DNA of 64,000 nucleotides from Gracilinanus agilis (Eukaryota), in assembly GCF_016433145.1 (NCBI RefSeq), contig NC_058133.1, positions 256,020,801 to 256,084,800 on the forward strand, given 5' to 3'. The notes beneath the pieces are model-generated. The model ran no database searches. It saw nothing but the letters and a program-made list of their open reading frames with translations, and was not told the origin of the DNA. The first letter of the stretch is position 1, and the number at the start of each line of letters is the position of its first letter. This document shows positions 62,543-64,000 of this stretch, one piece after another. The translations under genes and the position numbers were made by a program.

Positions 62543-63820
62543 TAATTCCTCTCCAGCTTTATCAGCTATAGGCAAGACAGCAAGCAACCTTTCATCCTCT
62601 AAGAAGGTATACTTGACATTCACTTACAAAGCATCCATCTGGCAGGTGTGGTTCTTTGTGAACTACAAACCCAGCTGATAGTCTTTTGAAGCTTTCTCCA
62701 TTAACTGGTCCTAGTCCCAGTTCCTCACATGCTTTCTTGTGCAAAACAGGCCTACAAAATTAGTGAAGTCTGGAAGTGGTGACCAGGAGAAGACCCTTTA
62801 AACCAGTGATCTGATCAAGTTTACCTTGATCCTTTGACTTGATAAGTAATAAGTTTATCTAGCTCAGCTATGAGCCTGTAGTCAGGAAGACTTGAGTTCA
62901 AATTCAACCTTAGACACTTATAGCTATGTGACCTTGTCATTAATTCTGCCTTAGTTTCCTCACATAAAACGGGGGGAATTAACTCAGGGATGTTTTAAGA
63001 ATTAAATGAGTTAAGATCTGTGCCTATTAGCACAGTGCCGGTTACATGGTAAGTTTTACATAAATGCTAGCTATTATTATCAACTTGTCACTCAAGTTTC
63101 TGATTAAGATGCATTTTGTCTGCCCTGTGGAACTCTTGCATGTATTGTATACCCTGCCTTTCATCATCTACTCCTCCAACTCACTGGTTTATGTCTCCAA
63201 ATCCAAGCCAACAACCTTGATTATTATGGATTATTATGGATGATAAAGTTAAAAGTTCTTTCTCTCTGTTGCTTACAACCCCTCTATATGCTGATTAGAA
63301 GGGCCCAATCATAGGTCTCTGCCAATTAAGTAAACACATGCCAGCTAGTTTCCAATGTTAGCAATGGAGATGTACACCTACCAACAGGCTGGAGTGGGAG
63401 TGGTAACAAATGTGGGACGTATAATGCTATGATTTCCATGAGCTGAGTACCAGGTTCTTCTGAATTCCCTTTCTGGCCACACTATTCCCTCAGGAGACAG
63501 AGAGCTTAATCAGGTTGGACTAGCAAAATCAGGCTGGCCCTATCCTAGGTTAAATGACAACAAAGGCTAATATCAAACTAACAAACTGCTAATATCTTCG
63601 TGGTTGCTGATACCCCAGAAATCCAAGAGCACTCTACAATGGGATGCCTTTGACACCAAATTTGAAGACTTATTAAGACTCTACTCTTGACCACTGGCAT
63701 AAACTTTTTATCTCCAATTCTACTTCCTTGGTTTCTAAAGTAAACAATCCAGACCACCTTCCCACATCTCGGCCTCATCTCTCCATTTGTAATCCCTCCT
63801 GGATCTGAATTGGCACATTT

Positions 63821-63914
63821 TTTTTTAACCCTTAACTTCTGTGTATTGGCTCCTAGGTGGAAGAGTGGTAAGGGTGGGCAATGGGGGTCAAGTGACTTGC
63901 CCAGGGTCACACAG
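63821..63914 (-). mobile_element. 5'-truncated tRNA SINE
   Basis: Only the 3' half is present; perfect 15-bp TSD TGAATTGGCACATTT. Confidence 0.88.
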
Positions 63915-64000
63915 TGAATTGGCACATTTGTCCAGCTGGTGCTGAAAGCAACTAGCAGGAGCCCAAAAGTTCTCTCTAGGTCTTGCTTTCTCAGAAAATC

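Overview
Eukaryotic, intron-rich marsupial DNA, most likely the gray short-tailed opossum (Monodelphis domestica) or a close didelphid, inferred from abundant SINE1_Mdo-type tRNA SINEs and marsupial L1/RTE tails. The window is the MHC class I framework block in the human gene order: PPP1R10/PNUTS (-, complete, 845 aa), a bidirectional CpG promoter, MRPS18B (+, 246 aa), ATAT1 (+, three intact C-terminal isoforms of 323/333/421 aa), C6orf136 (+, 318 aa) and the last 11 coding exons of DHX16 (-; 5' part beyond the window). All exon chains were traced by hand through GT-AG sites and stay in frame. There is a 131-N gap at 18258-18388. The least explained signal is in the long 5'-UTR intron of PPP1R10: two copies of a GCAAUCU-N8-AGAUUGC hairpin, each inside a candidate micro-exon, one overlapping AAUAAA. 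With a frameshifting internal acceptor, an AATAAA-filled 3' splice site and a uORF-bearing cassette, this suggests (inference only) an RNA-level attenuation circuit on a gene whose product controls Pol II termination. Introns also hold nested transposons, including five hAT MITEs with target-site duplications. Human comparisons are from recall and were not aligned.
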